Source: an uncultured Anaerolineaceae bacterium (GTDB lineage: Bacteria > Chloroflexota > Anaerolineae > Anaerolineales > Villigracilaceae). From it: a DNA stretch of 64,000 nucleotides. Position numbers and translations under genes: made by a program. The stretch covers positions 512 to 64,511 of the forward strand of contig CAZJYB010000002.1 of NCBI GenBank assembly GCA_964549865.1, read 5' to 3'. How positions within the stretch are numbered: the first letter of the stretch is position 1; every line of letters starts with the position of its first letter. Under the pieces are notes generated by a model. It did not search any database. It was not told the origin of the DNA and saw only the letters and a program-made list of their open reading frames with translations. Shown here one piece after another: positions 1 through 11,300 of the stretch.

Positions 1-379
1 CGTTGCCGCGGCGTATAACCTTGTATTGGCCGCGGGTTTTGTGCTCTTTGGAAAATGGCTGCTCTCCATTTATGGCGATCAATATATGGCCGCATATCCC
101 GCGCTGATCGCATTGCTGATCGGCTTCACTTTCAATTACATCCTGTTTTGGAATCGTCCGCTGCTTTTGTCGCTGGGCCTGCCGGGATTTCCACTGAAAG
201 CCACGGTCATTTCCGGGCTGGTAAAACTTGCACTGGCCTTTCCGCTTGTACCACGCTTCGGTTATGTGGCCGAGGCCGCTTTACTTTCGCTTTATTACAT
301 TTCGTCTGTGGGCGCGATCGTCTGGCGCGGCGTTAAGGAAATTCGTTATCAGGAAAATTTGAACCGCCAAGACCGCTAA
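1..379 (+). CDS. Wzx/MOP-type polysaccharide flippase, C-terminal fragment (5' end lies upstream of the window)
   Basis: The frame is open from the window edge to TAA at 377-379. The tail is a run of hydrophobic helices (LIALLIGFTFNYILFWNRPLLLSLGLPGFP...) like the last TMs of Wzx/RfbX-family transporters. Confidence 0.5.
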   Translation, partial: VAAAYNLVLAAGFVLFGKWLLSIYGDQYMAAYPALIALLIGFTFNYILFWNRPLLLSLGLPGFPLKATVISGLVKLALAFPLVPRFGYVAEAALLSLYYISSVGAIVWRGVKEIRYQENLNRQDR

Positions 380-433
380 GCTCGCGAAGAAAAACAAAAG
401 GATTCTTTGCGCTCTTCGCATGCTTCGCGGTGG
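361..433 (-). repeat. REP/MITE-like element, copy 1 (reverse orientation relative to 59972-60035)
   Basis: The reverse complement reads CCACCGCGAAG..GCGAAGAGCGCAAAGAATCC..TTTTCTTCGCGAGC..CTTGGCGGTTC. It aligns end to end with 59972-60035, and its termini are mutually complementary. Confidence 0.6.
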
Positions 434-442
434 AAAAGAATT

Positions 443-1594
443 ATGAAAATCGCAGTTATCACGAATTCCCGCATTCCATCTCTTACCGCCAATTCGATCC
501 AGGCCATGAAAGTGACCCAGGCCTTAATGCAATTGGATCACGATGTGCGGATGTTCGCCCCCGCAGAAGCGGACCGCGTCTCAAAAGAGACTCTGCTAAA
601 TCACTACGGTCTGCGCCTCGCACCGCCCCTCGAACTGCTCCCGTCCAACAGGCATCTCAAACGCCTCGACTTTACCCTGCATGCGCAGCGCGCTGCGAAA
701 AGATTCCATGCCGATCTGATCTATACATGGCTTCCGCAATCTGCTGTATTGGGGTTGTGGGCCGGCTATCCCGTTGTGCTTGAAATGCACGCGGATGTGG
801 CAGGGACAATGGGCGCGTGGTGGCTCCGTCAATTTTGGAAGGCGCGCGGAAAAAAACGGATGACCGTCACCACGCTAGCCCTGAGAAATGCCCTCGAACG
901 TTCGAGCAGACTGTCGTTCCCAAATGATGCGGTGATCGTCGCACCGAACGGCGTGGAACTGGAAAAATATGAAGGGTTGCCGAGTCCGAGTGAGGCGCGT
1001 CGTCAATTAAATCTGCCTGAGGGAATGACGGTTGGATTCACAGGTCACATTTACGCGGGCCGCGGCGCGGGTCTGTTATTTGAACTTGCAGAACAAATGA
1101 AGGAGGTGAACTTTTTGTGGGTGGGCGGCACGCCGGAGTTGGTTGACATGTGGCGCGGAAAATTGAACGAAGCAAAAATAATGAACGTGACGATGACGGG
1201 TTTTGTTCCCCATGAACGTATCCCCCTTTATCAGGCCGCGGCGGACGTTTTGCTTATGCCATACAGTCGTTCCATTGAAGCGAGCAGCGGGCAGGACATT
1301 GCCGAGGTGATCAACCCGATGAAGATGTTCGAGTACATGGCGGCCGCGCGCGCGATTGTATGTGCAGATTTGAGTGTAATTCGTGAAATACTAAATGAAA
1401 AGAATGCGGTGTTTTGTGATGCAGGTGGAGCAGAGAGCGGAGAGCAGAGAGCAGATGAGTGGAAGGCGGCGATCGAGGCTTTGCTTGGGGATGAGCCGCG
1501 CAGGCGTCAGTTGGGAAATCAGGCACAGCGCGATGTGGAGAGGTTTACGTGGGCCAAGAGGGAGGAGAAGGTTATTAAAGGAATAGCTGTATAA
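443..1594 (+). CDS. Glycosyltransferase family 4 (GT-B)
   Basis: It has a KIAVITNS N-terminus and a C-terminal GT1/GT4 nucleotide-sugar-binding region (GHIYAGRGAGLL, NPMKMFEYMAAARAIV). I chose ATG 443 because 407-442 lies inside the repeat element. Confidence 0.8.
   Translation: MKIAVITNSRIPSLTANSIQAMKVTQALMQLDHDVRMFAPAEADRVSKETLLNHYGLRLAPPLELLPSNRHLKRLDFTLHAQRAAKRFHADLIYTWLPQSAVLGLWAGYPVVLEMHADVAGTMGAWWLRQFWKARGKKRMTVTTLALRNALERSSRLSFPNDAVIVAPNGVELEKYEGLPSPSEARRQLNLPEGMTVGFTGHIYAGRGAGLLFELAEQMKEVNFLWVGGTPELVDMWRGKLNEAKIMNVTMTGFVPHERIPLYQAAADVLLMPYSRSIEASSGQDIAEVINPMKMFEYMAAARAIVCADLSVIREILNEKNAVFCDAGGAESGEQRADEWKAAIEALLGDEPRRRQLGNQAQRDVERFTWAKREEKVIKGIAV
1479..1573 (+). repeat. Direct repeat copy 1 (current 3' end of the GT4 gene), matching the relic at 2229-2324
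   Basis: CTTTGCTTGG..CGCGCAGGCGT.AGTTGGG..GATGTGGAGA.GTTTACGTGGG..AAGAGGGAGGAGAAGGTT aligns with 2229-2324, with scattered substitutions and one 1-nt indel. Confidence 0.7.
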
Positions 1595-1601
1595 TTGAAT
1601 T

Positions 1602-2075
1602 ATGAAGACGCAGCGGATTTACATTGATACATCTGTTATTGGCGGTTGTTTTGACCCTGAGTTTTCCGAATGGTCAAATGGTTTGTTGAAGGATTTTAGA
1701 AATGGAACTTTTCAGCCTTTGCTTTCAGAAGTTATTTCCGCTGAAATTGAAGAAGCGCCTGTGAATGTTCAAATAATTTATGCCGAGTTGATTTCGCTGA
1801 AAGCAGAGCTTTTAACTGTTGATGAAAGTGCTTTGGAATTGGCAGACGAATATCAAAGACGGAATATCCTAACATCCAATTTCTATGATGATGGATTGCA
1901 TATTGCCCTTGCGACAGTCTCAGAAGCTGACTTGTTAGTGAGTTGGAATTTCAAGCACATTGTCCGTTTTGATAAAATTCGTTTGTTCAATGCTGTCAAC
2001 ATTGAGTTTGGATATAAATCTTTACAAATATTTAGTCCCCGCGAGGTAACCACCCATGGACGTGAAGAAGATTGA
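1602..2075 (+). CDS. PIN-domain protein (VapC-like toxin candidate)
   Basis: It has conserved acidic positions in PIN-like spacing (IYIDTSV near the N-terminus, DDGLHIA, SWNFKHI). It is a small 157-aa protein unrelated to the surrounding glycan genes. Confidence 0.7.
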   Translation: MKTQRIYIDTSVIGGCFDPEFSEWSNGLLKDFRNGTFQPLLSEVISAEIEEAPVNVQIIYAELISLKAELLTVDESALELADEYQRRNILTSNFYDDGLHIALATVSEADLLVSWNFKHIVRFDKIRLFNAVNIEFGYKSLQIFSPREVTTHGREED

Positions 2076-2226
2076 CACAATTGAAATGACCCGCCAGATC
2101 CGCGAGAAGAATGCCAGGCAGCTGGTAAATAAATCTCACGCGGAGCGGATTGCGTTCTATCGTGAGCGCGCAAAGAAAATGGAAAAGAAAATTCCTGCCC
2201 TGCTTAAGGAAATTGAAAGAGCTTAA
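2056..2226 (+). CDS. Small 56-aa charged helical protein, possible cognate partner/antitoxin of the PIN protein
   Basis: This is my own translation (MDVKKIDTIEMTRQIREKNARQLVNKSHAERIAFYRERAKKMEKKIPALLKEIERA). Its ATG overlaps the PIN gene's 3' end by 20 nt. It is too short for the ORF track, and no homology was recognised. Confidence 0.3.
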   Translation: MDVKKIDTIEMTRQIREKNARQLVNKSHAERIAFYRERAKKMEKKIPALLKEIERA

Positions 2227-2228
2227 CT

Positions 2229-2348
2229 CTTTGCTTGGAGACGAATCGCGCAGGCGTGAGTTGGGGGACTCAGGCGCGGAAAGATGTGGAGATGTTTACG
2301 TGGGTGAAGAGGGAGGAGAAGGTTGTCATGAGTTTTGAAACTGTCTAA
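2229..2348 (+). pseudogene. Relic duplicate of the GT4 gene's 3' end, frameshifted
   Basis: It translates as LLGDESRRRELG.. and then, after a 1-nt indel, DVEMFTWVKREEKVV...*, which parallels LLGDEPRRRQLGNQAQRDVERFTWAKREEKVI of the intact gene. Confidence 0.6.
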
Positions 2349-2369
2349 CTTCGTGGTAAAAGTGGGGAT

Positions 2370-5014
<2,645 letters not shown>

Positions 5015-5038
5015 GATTGCATCCTCCATCGGAAATCT

Positions 5039-6880
5039 ATGATTAGAAGTGCAATTTTGCAAAAACGAGAGTGGCCTGCCTGGACAGCGGACGCGGTGGC
5101 TTTATTCGGCCTCGTGGTCTTTTTTGTCCAGGCCATTACCTTCGCCCATACGACGATCTCAAATCTTGATGAGGGGGCGTATTTACTAAAGGGGATCCTG
5201 TTTGCCTCTGGAGAGTATCGTCCTTTTGACCCCGGTATCTCCACAAACAAGGGCCCTCTGGCTTTTTTGATTCCCGGATATGTTCAGCTTCTATTCGGGG
5301 CGGGACTGCGAACGGGTCGCTTTTTAGCGGTCTTTTTTGGTGTTATGGCTGTGCTTGGAACGTGGGCAGCCTCGCGGCGCCTGGGTGGAAAATGGCTTGC
5401 GGCTGGGGCGGTATGGATCCTTGCTGCCAGCCCCATGGTCATCAAGATGTATAGTGGAGGTGCCACACAGAGTACAGTCGCCTGCATGTTGGCGTGGTCC
5501 TTGGCTCTTTCTCTGGGTGAGAAGCGTGCGCCCTGGCAATTGGCATTGAGTGGTATTCTCGCAGGGCTTATGATGCTGGTGCGCCAGAATATGATGCCGG
5601 TTCTTCCGCTCCTGGCAATTTATGCTTTTTGGCAACATGGGTGGAAGGCGACCTGGTTATTATTATCCGGCATGTTAACGGTTGCGATCCCTTTTTTTAT
5701 TTATTGGCCGGATATCCTTCAGTTGTGGACGTGGCTGCCCTGGATAAGGTTTCCATCAGAGGTGCATTATAGTGGGGGTGGCACACCCATTTGGACACCC
5801 GACATTGACCTGGGTTCTCGTTTGCTTTCGATTTTCCAGGCCTTTCGGATTCATTTTGCTGCCCTGGCCGGGAGCATTGTTTGTCTATTTTTATGGCCGC
5901 GCACGAGTGGTTGGAAATCGCGTGCTGATTATCGTAGCGGGCTATTCCTGCTTGTTTTGTTTGCAGGTTTGGTTTATATGCATTCGATGGCCTCGATTGC
6001 CAGAGATTTTTGCGTTTATTGTTTCGCACCGTACATTGCATTTTTCAACATTGCCGGTATTTTGTTGCTGATTCTGATCGCCGGGTCATGGAACTGGCGA
6101 CCCTCGATCCTGACAAATATCGTAATTGTTGCTTTTTTTCTTCTCCTTTTTATAGGCATGGGTTACTCAGCTTTTGAAGATATCGGTTCCCGGGTTTTGA
6201 ACCTGCCTGCCCCGCGCATGCGCGATCTGACCGTCCTGCCAGGCTTTGTCACCTGGCGGGAAATCCTGTCAAACCGCTTTCAGCTTGATTACAATGCAGC
6301 GAAAAAATATGCATCGGCGATGTTTGGATTGATCATCGGCGGAGTTGTATCTTTGCTGGTTTATGGTTTATGGCGTCGCGTATGGCGAAGTTCAGGCACG
6401 TTGGGTTTTGGTGCGATTTATGCATCGACAATCCTTGTTTTAGGCGTTATCCTGTCTCCAATTCTCAGTGGAAGCCTTGGATATCGTGATTGCAGGATGG
6501 ATGTTATTTCAGCCAATGAACAAATTGGCGTACATTTAAGAGGCATCATTCCCGAGGGCAGCGTGGTCTACTGGAATGGCGGCCTGTCTACCGCACCCCT
6601 TCTGTACCTGCCGGGCGTTGAAATATTTCCCGCGCAGATCAATAATGGATACTCTTTTCTCAGTCATGGTGATCGCGCTGAATTATTCAAATTTGGTTTC
6701 TGGAATGAGGAAATGGATGCTGAATGGAAAGCAACCGCTGATTTTTTCATCCTCGAAGAAAAGCGATATCCCGAGTGGAAAGAGTTCCTGAACCCCGAAC
6801 AATTTGATGAATATGAGCGTACGCCTGTGGGTACATCCTGCCAGGAAGAAACTCATCTGCGTATTTTCCGAAGGAAATAA
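5039..6880 (+). CDS. GT-C fold membrane glycosyltransferase (GT39/GT83, ArnT/PMT-like)
   Basis: It is a 613-aa protein with more than 10 TM helices. An acidic first-loop motif (SNLDEGAYLLKG) follows TM1, and there is a C-terminal soluble domain. Confidence 0.55.
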   Translation: MIRSAILQKREWPAWTADAVALFGLVVFFVQAITFAHTTISNLDEGAYLLKGILFASGEYRPFDPGISTNKGPLAFLIPGYVQLLFGAGLRTGRFLAVFFGVMAVLGTWAASRRLGGKWLAAGAVWILAASPMVIKMYSGGATQSTVACMLAWSLALSLGEKRAPWQLALSGILAGLMMLVRQNMMPVLPLLAIYAFWQHGWKATWLLLSGMLTVAIPFFIYWPDILQLWTWLPWIRFPSEVHYSGGGTPIWTPDIDLGSRLLSIFQAFRIHFAALAGSIVCLFLWPRTSGWKSRADYRSGLFLLVLFAGLVYMHSMASIARDFCVYCFAPYIAFFNIAGILLLILIAGSWNWRPSILTNIVIVAFFLLLFIGMGYSAFEDIGSRVLNLPAPRMRDLTVLPGFVTWREILSNRFQLDYNAAKKYASAMFGLIIGGVVSLLVYGLWRRVWRSSGTLGFGAIYASTILVLGVILSPILSGSLGYRDCRMDVISANEQIGVHLRGIIPEGSVVYWNGGLSTAPLLYLPGVEIFPAQINNGYSFLSHGDRAELFKFGFWNEEMDAEWKATADFFILEEKRYPEWKEFLNPEQFDEYERTPVGTSCQEETHLRIFRRK

Positions 6881-7842
6881 TGAACCTGTCTTTAGTGATC
6901 CCTGTATTCAACGAGCAAGAGAACCTGCCTCTGTTGTTCCAAGCCATCTACAAAACCATGAATGAACTCAATCGTTCATGGGAGGTGCTGCTGGTGGACG
7001 ATGGCAGCCGTGACGGCAGTTTGTCTGTGCTCAGCGAATACGCCGAAAAAGATCCCCAGCATGTACGCGTCATATCCTTTCGGCGCAATTTTGGCCAAAC
7101 CGCTGCGCTTGCAGCCGGGATCGATCATGCGCTCGGCGATATCATCGTGTTGCTCGATTCTGACATGCAAAACGACCCTGCCGATATTCCGATCATGCTT
7201 GCGAAACTTGACGAGGGCTATGACCTGGTCAGCGGCTGGCGCAAGGTTCGCCAGGATAATGCCATCACCCGCAACCTGCCTTCCGGTATTGCAAACCGGC
7301 TGATCTCTCTCGTTACAGGTGTTCATTTGCATGATTATGGTTGTACGCTGAAGGCCTATCGCCGCGGCGCGCTCGAGGGATTCCGTCTTTATGGTGAAAT
7401 GCATCGCTTCATCCCCGTTTTCGCAAACTCGGTCGGCGCGCGTATCACAGAGATCCCCGTCCGCCACTACCCGCGCAAGTTTGGAAAGACCAAGTACGGG
7501 CTGGAGCGAACCGCGAAGGTCGTCCTGGATCTGTTTACCGTAAAATTCCTGGTCAGTTATTCTTCAAAACCGATCTATCTCTTTGGCGGCACTGGTGGGT
7601 TGTTGATGATCGTCAGCGCCATTTTTATGACCTATCTGTTCATCCGCCGTCTTTTCTTCGATGTAAGTATTGCGGGTTCGCCGCTCTTTCAAATGAGCGC
7701 CATGTTTTTCATCCTTGGTTTTCAATCCATTCTGATGGGCTTGATCGCTGAATTGCTCGTGCGAACTTATCATGAATCCCAGCGCAAGCGCACCTATATC
7801 ATCGGCACCATGATCAATTTGGAAAAAGATCCTCGCGACTAA
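6880..7842 (+). CDS. GT2 polyprenyl-phosphate sugar synthase (DPM1/ArnC/GtrB-like)
   Basis: Motifs seen are VIPVFNE, LVDDGSRDGS, DSDMQND, GWRKVRQD and YGCTLKAYRR, plus two C-terminal TM helices. Its start overlaps the upstream stop (TAATG). Confidence 0.85.
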   Translation: MNLSLVIPVFNEQENLPLLFQAIYKTMNELNRSWEVLLVDDGSRDGSLSVLSEYAEKDPQHVRVISFRRNFGQTAALAAGIDHALGDIIVLLDSDMQNDPADIPIMLAKLDEGYDLVSGWRKVRQDNAITRNLPSGIANRLISLVTGVHLHDYGCTLKAYRRGALEGFRLYGEMHRFIPVFANSVGARITEIPVRHYPRKFGKTKYGLERTAKVVLDLFTVKFLVSYSSKPIYLFGGTGGLLMIVSAIFMTYLFIRRLFFDVSIAGSPLFQMSAMFFILGFQSILMGLIAELLVRTYHESQRKRTYIIGTMINLEKDPRD

Positions 7843-7850
7843 GTGTCGGT

Positions 7851-8984
7851 ATGCGAATCCTTGTCATCAGCTACGAATTCCCGCCCGTCGGCGGTGGCGG
7901 AGGCCGGGCTGCCCGCGATATTTGCAGGAAGCTTGCATCGAACGGACACGAAGTCACCGTGCTTAGCGCGCATATGCACGGCCTTCCTTTCGATGAAACG
8001 CGCGATGGGATCCGCCTGGTGCGGATTCGGTCTCTCCGAAGAGAATCGTTTCGAGCCAGCTTCGTTGCCATGCTTGCCTACGTTCTCGCGGGACTTTGGG
8101 CCGGTCTGCGATTAATTCATCTATCGCGACCCGAAATCATTCATACTCATTTTGCCGTGCCGTCCGGCGCGCTTGCCTGGATGCTTTCCGTCATAACCGG
8201 CATACCCTATGTATTAACGGCTCATCTTGGCGATGTGCCCGGCGGTGTTCCTGAAAAGACAGGCACGTGGTTCCGTTGGATCAAACCATTCACAGTTCCC
8301 ATTTGGAAACGTGCAAAACACGTTGTTGCTGTAAGCGAGCATACGCGTCAGCTGGCTTTGCGACATTATCCCGTTGAAATATCCGTCATCCCAAACGGTG
8401 CGGATATAAAACTTCTTGCTCCTGCTGAAATAAAACTTAATCACCCGCCGCGCCTTGTTTTTGCCGGGCGTTTCGTGCCGCAGAAAAACCCGCTTGCCAT
8501 TGTGCAAGTCCTCGCACAGTTAACAGACCTGAACTGGAATTGTGCGATGCTGGGCGATGGGCCTCTGCTGAATGATGTAAAGCGCGAAATAGAAAAGAAG
8601 GGGATGAACGATCGTTTCGATCTGCCTGGTTGGGTCACCCCCGAAGAAGTACTGGACTGGTTCTCAAAAAGCGATATTCTCTTCATGCCTTCGCTGTCAG
8701 AGGGATTGCCGGTTGTGGGGGTTCAGGCTTTAGCCACGGGCCTCGCGATCGTGGCCAGCAGGATCGGCGGTTTCACGGATCTGGTGGATGAAGGAAAGAA
8801 TGGCTTCCTGATAGAAACCAGTGACCTATACAGGTTCGTGGATACTTTGCGAAACTTGTTATCTAACCCGCCATCCCTTTTTGAATGTCGTAAAGAAAGT
8901 CTACATAGATCGGCGAAATTTGATATCGTGCGAATTGCAGGGGAATATGAAGTGATTTTTCGGGAGGTGATCGAACGATCGTAG
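7851..8984 (+). CDS. Glycosyltransferase family 4
   Basis: Motifs seen are MRILVISYEFPPVGGGGG and PSLSEGLPVVGVQALATGLAIV. Confidence 0.85.
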   Translation: MRILVISYEFPPVGGGGGRAARDICRKLASNGHEVTVLSAHMHGLPFDETRDGIRLVRIRSLRRESFRASFVAMLAYVLAGLWAGLRLIHLSRPEIIHTHFAVPSGALAWMLSVITGIPYVLTAHLGDVPGGVPEKTGTWFRWIKPFTVPIWKRAKHVVAVSEHTRQLALRHYPVEISVIPNGADIKLLAPAEIKLNHPPRLVFAGRFVPQKNPLAIVQVLAQLTDLNWNCAMLGDGPLLNDVKREIEKKGMNDRFDLPGWVTPEEVLDWFSKSDILFMPSLSEGLPVVGVQALATGLAIVASRIGGFTDLVDEGKNGFLIETSDLYRFVDTLRNLLSNPPSLFECRKESLHRSAKFDIVRIAGEYEVIFREVIERS

Positions 8985-9250
8985 CCGGGGGAGATCCTTT
9001 ATATGAGCAGGCTGTTTTTTACACCGATCGGCCCGGGCTCCGCGAGAAAAACGTCCGCAGGCGTTGTCCTGAGCCTGTCGAAGGGTTTATTCTGCAAACC
9101 GGCTTGTTTCCAGGCAGCCTGCCTTCTTCGCCTCTACACCCTTCGGGTGCGCACGCGGCGAGATGCTCACCTGCACTGCAAAGTACGCAGTGCGGCGCAA
9201 GTGTCGCGAGAGACCTTTGGCGGTACAGTGTCTAACATCACTTATTTCAC

Positions 9251-9296
9251 TTGACAGTAAGCTTTTTATGTGCGAGAATTCAGAAAATGAATTCTC
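9251..9296 (+). promoter_or_regulatory. Type-A promoter/operator module: TTGACAG-N13-TGCGAGAATTCAGAAAATGAATTCTC
   Basis: It has a -35 TTGACA, a 17-nt spacer and a -10 GAGAAT. A perfect 8-bp inverted repeat GAGAATTC-N7-GAATTCTC overlaps the -10, the predicted TSS and ATG 9287. The same arrangement recurs at 12394-12439. Confidence 0.6.
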
Positions 9297-9769
9297 AACC
9301 GAAAACTGACGTGAAACAGCACGAATATGAACTTTTGAATGAAATTGCCCAGGATTCCCTGGTTACGCAGGCGAGCCTGTCTGATCGCTTGGGCATTGCT
9401 GTGGGCAGTGTTAATTGGTATATCAAACGCCTGATCACTCGCGGTTGGTTGAAGGTCTCACATCTGGATCGTACCCGCTTGAAATATGACCTTACCCCGG
9501 AAGGCATGACTGTTTTTACGCAGCGTGCCCTGCTTTATGCGCGCGATTCTTTGAAAGTGTACGGCGATTACCGTGAAAAAGCCAAAACATTAGTGGCGGA
9601 ATTAAAACAAAACGGGATCAAAGAAGTGTATCTTAAGGGTGATGATGAAACCATCGATATTTTGCGCCTTACTTGTATTGAGGCCGAAATTCATATAAAC
9701 AATAAACCAAATGGCTGCGTGATTGAAGCAGATGGAAAGGGATATCGAAAGGTATCCCAAAGGAATTAA
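9287..9769 (+). CDS. Winged-helix (MarR-like) transcriptional regulator, paralog 1
   Basis: It has an HTH segment (TQASLSDRLGIAVGSVNWYIKRLITRGWL) and is paralogous to 54383-54853. ATG 9287 lies about 7 nt after the -10, so the mRNA is probably leaderless. Confidence 0.7.
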   Translation: MNSQPKTDVKQHEYELLNEIAQDSLVTQASLSDRLGIAVGSVNWYIKRLITRGWLKVSHLDRTRLKYDLTPEGMTVFTQRALLYARDSLKVYGDYREKAKTLVAELKQNGIKEVYLKGDDETIDILRLTCIEAEIHINNKPNGCVIEADGKGYRKVSQRN

Positions 9770-10711
9770 ATGACGAAAAATTTTGCTGTGATTGGCGTTG
9801 GAGGTTATATTGCTCCTCGCCATTTACGGGCCATTCGTGATACAGGCAATCAACTGCTCGCCGCAGTAGACCCCAGAGATTCTGTGGGTGTGCTTGACCA
9901 ATATTCTTTCGACGTCAAATTTTTTACCGAGATTGAACGTTTTGACCGCCATCTTGAAAAATTAAGGCGCGGTCCTGAAGAAGGCCGTGTCGATTATGTG
10001 TCGATTTGCTCTCCCAATTATCTGCATGATTCACATTGCCGCCTTGCATTGCGTGTTGGCGCGGATGTGATCTGCGAAAAGCCACTTGTGATCAACCCAT
10101 GGAATTTTGACGCGCTGGAAGAATTGGAGGCAGAGACCAAACATCGCATCCATACGATCTTACAGCTGCGTGTTCACCCGGAGTTGATCAAGCTGAAAGA
10201 GTCTTTGCAAAAAGGGGGCAGTCAGCATGATGTGGAACTTGCCTATGTCACCAGCCGTGGCCCGTGGTATCAAGTCTCATGGAAGGGACAAGACGATAAG
10301 TCCGGCGGTGTGGCTACAAATATTGGCGTGCATTTCTTCGATCTTTTGTTATGGCTTTTTGGTTCTGTAAATGGGATCAAGGTGTATCACTCTGACGAAT
10401 GTCGCATGTCTGGGTTCATTGAGCTGGAACATGCGCGCGTGCGCTGGTTCCTTTCAGTGGATTCAAATGACCTGCCTTTTCCTGCAAAGGTTGGCGGCAA
10501 GACAACGTACCGATCGATCACGGTGGATGGGAAGGAAATTGAATTTTCTGAAGGATTTACAGATTTACATACACGTGTATATGAAGAAACACTCGCAGGT
10601 CGAGGTTTTGGCATAGCAGATGCGCGTCCATCGATTGACCTGACTTATGCGATTCGCACGGCTGAAATCATGCCAAAAGATGAATTGGCTCACCCATTTT
10701 TGAAAAAATAA
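9770..10711 (+). CDS. Gfo/Idh/MocA oxidoreductase, WbpB/WlbA-like (UDP-2-acetamido-sugar 3-dehydrogenase)
   Basis: Motifs seen are [18 protein letters not shown] and [14 protein letters not shown]. It lies next to the matching acetyltransferase and aminotransferase. Confidence 0.75.
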   Translation: MTKNFAVIGVGGYIAPRHLRAIRDTGNQLLAAVDPRDSVGVLDQYSFDVKFFTEIERFDRHLEKLRRGPEEGRVDYVSICSPNYLHDSHCRLALRVGADVICEKPLVINPWNFDALEELEAETKHRIHTILQLRVHPELIKLKESLQKGGSQHDVELAYVTSRGPWYQVSWKGQDDKSGGVATNIGVHFFDLLLWLFGSVNGIKVYHSDECRMSGFIELEHARVRWFLSVDSNDLPFPAKVGGKTTYRSITVDGKEIEFSEGFTDLHTRVYEETLAGRGFGIADARPSIDLTYAIRTAEIMPKDELAHPFLKK

Positions 10712-10715
10712 GATC

Positions 10716-11300
10716 ATGACGTCTGATCATTTTGTTCACGAATCCAGTTATGTGGATGAGGGTGCCGAGATCGGCAAAGGTACAAGGATATGGCATTTTT
10801 GCCACATCATGCCACGCGCACTCATTGGCGAAGGATGCAATATCGGTCAGAATGTCCTTGTCTCTTCTGGTGTGACGATCGGGAATAATGTGAAGATCCA
10901 GAACAACGTTTCACTTTACACGGGCGTGACCGTTGAAGACGATGTCTTTCTCGGCCCTTCAATGGTATTTACCAATGTGATCAATCCGCGTAGCCATGTG
11001 AGTCGCAAGGAAGAGTATAAGACTACTCTGGTCCGCAGGGGTTCTTCTATTGGGGCGAATGCCACGATTGTTTGCGGCATCACTCTTGGAAAATACTCCT
11101 TTGTAGGCGCAGGCTCTGTTGTTACCCGGGATGTCCCAGATTATGCGCTTGTGTATGGCTCGCCTGCACGGCTGTACGGCTGGGTGTGTCAGTGCGGCGA
11201 ACAATTGACGTTCACTGAACAAGATCGAGCCGTCTGTAAGAGTTGTGGCGATGCCTATCGAAAACAGGATCAGGTTGTCAGTCCTGAAGGAGCCGTTTGA
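10716..11300 (+). CDS. Left-handed beta-helix N-acetyltransferase, WbpD/WlbB-like
   Basis: It has hexapeptide repeats ([24 protein letters not shown]) and a C-terminal Cys-rich tail (CQCG..CKSCG). Confidence 0.75.
   Translation: MTSDHFVHESSYVDEGAEIGKGTRIWHFCHIMPRALIGEGCNIGQNVLVSSGVTIGNNVKIQNNVSLYTGVTVEDDVFLGPSMVFTNVINPRSHVSRKEEYKTTLVRRGSSIGANATIVCGITLGKYSFVGAGSVVTRDVPDYALVYGSPARLYGWVCQCGEQLTFTEQDRAVCKSCGDAYRKQDQVVSPEGAV

Noticed and set aside
9003-9254. An 83-aa ORF in the gap between the GT4 gene and the regulator.
   Set aside because: Its translation (..VVLSLSKG..LYTLRVRTRRDAHLHC..) is what dispersed GC-rich repeat DNA typically yields. It has no RBS and no recognisable domain, and it runs into the type-A promoter. 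I treated it as non-coding repeat sequence.
11160-11300. The Cys-rich C-terminal tail (CQCG..CKSCG) of the WbpD-like acetyltransferase as a novel zinc-ribbon fusion.
   Set aside because: From memory, WbpD/WlbB homologues commonly end with a related, partly degenerate Cys/His tail, so this is probably a family feature rather than a novelty.
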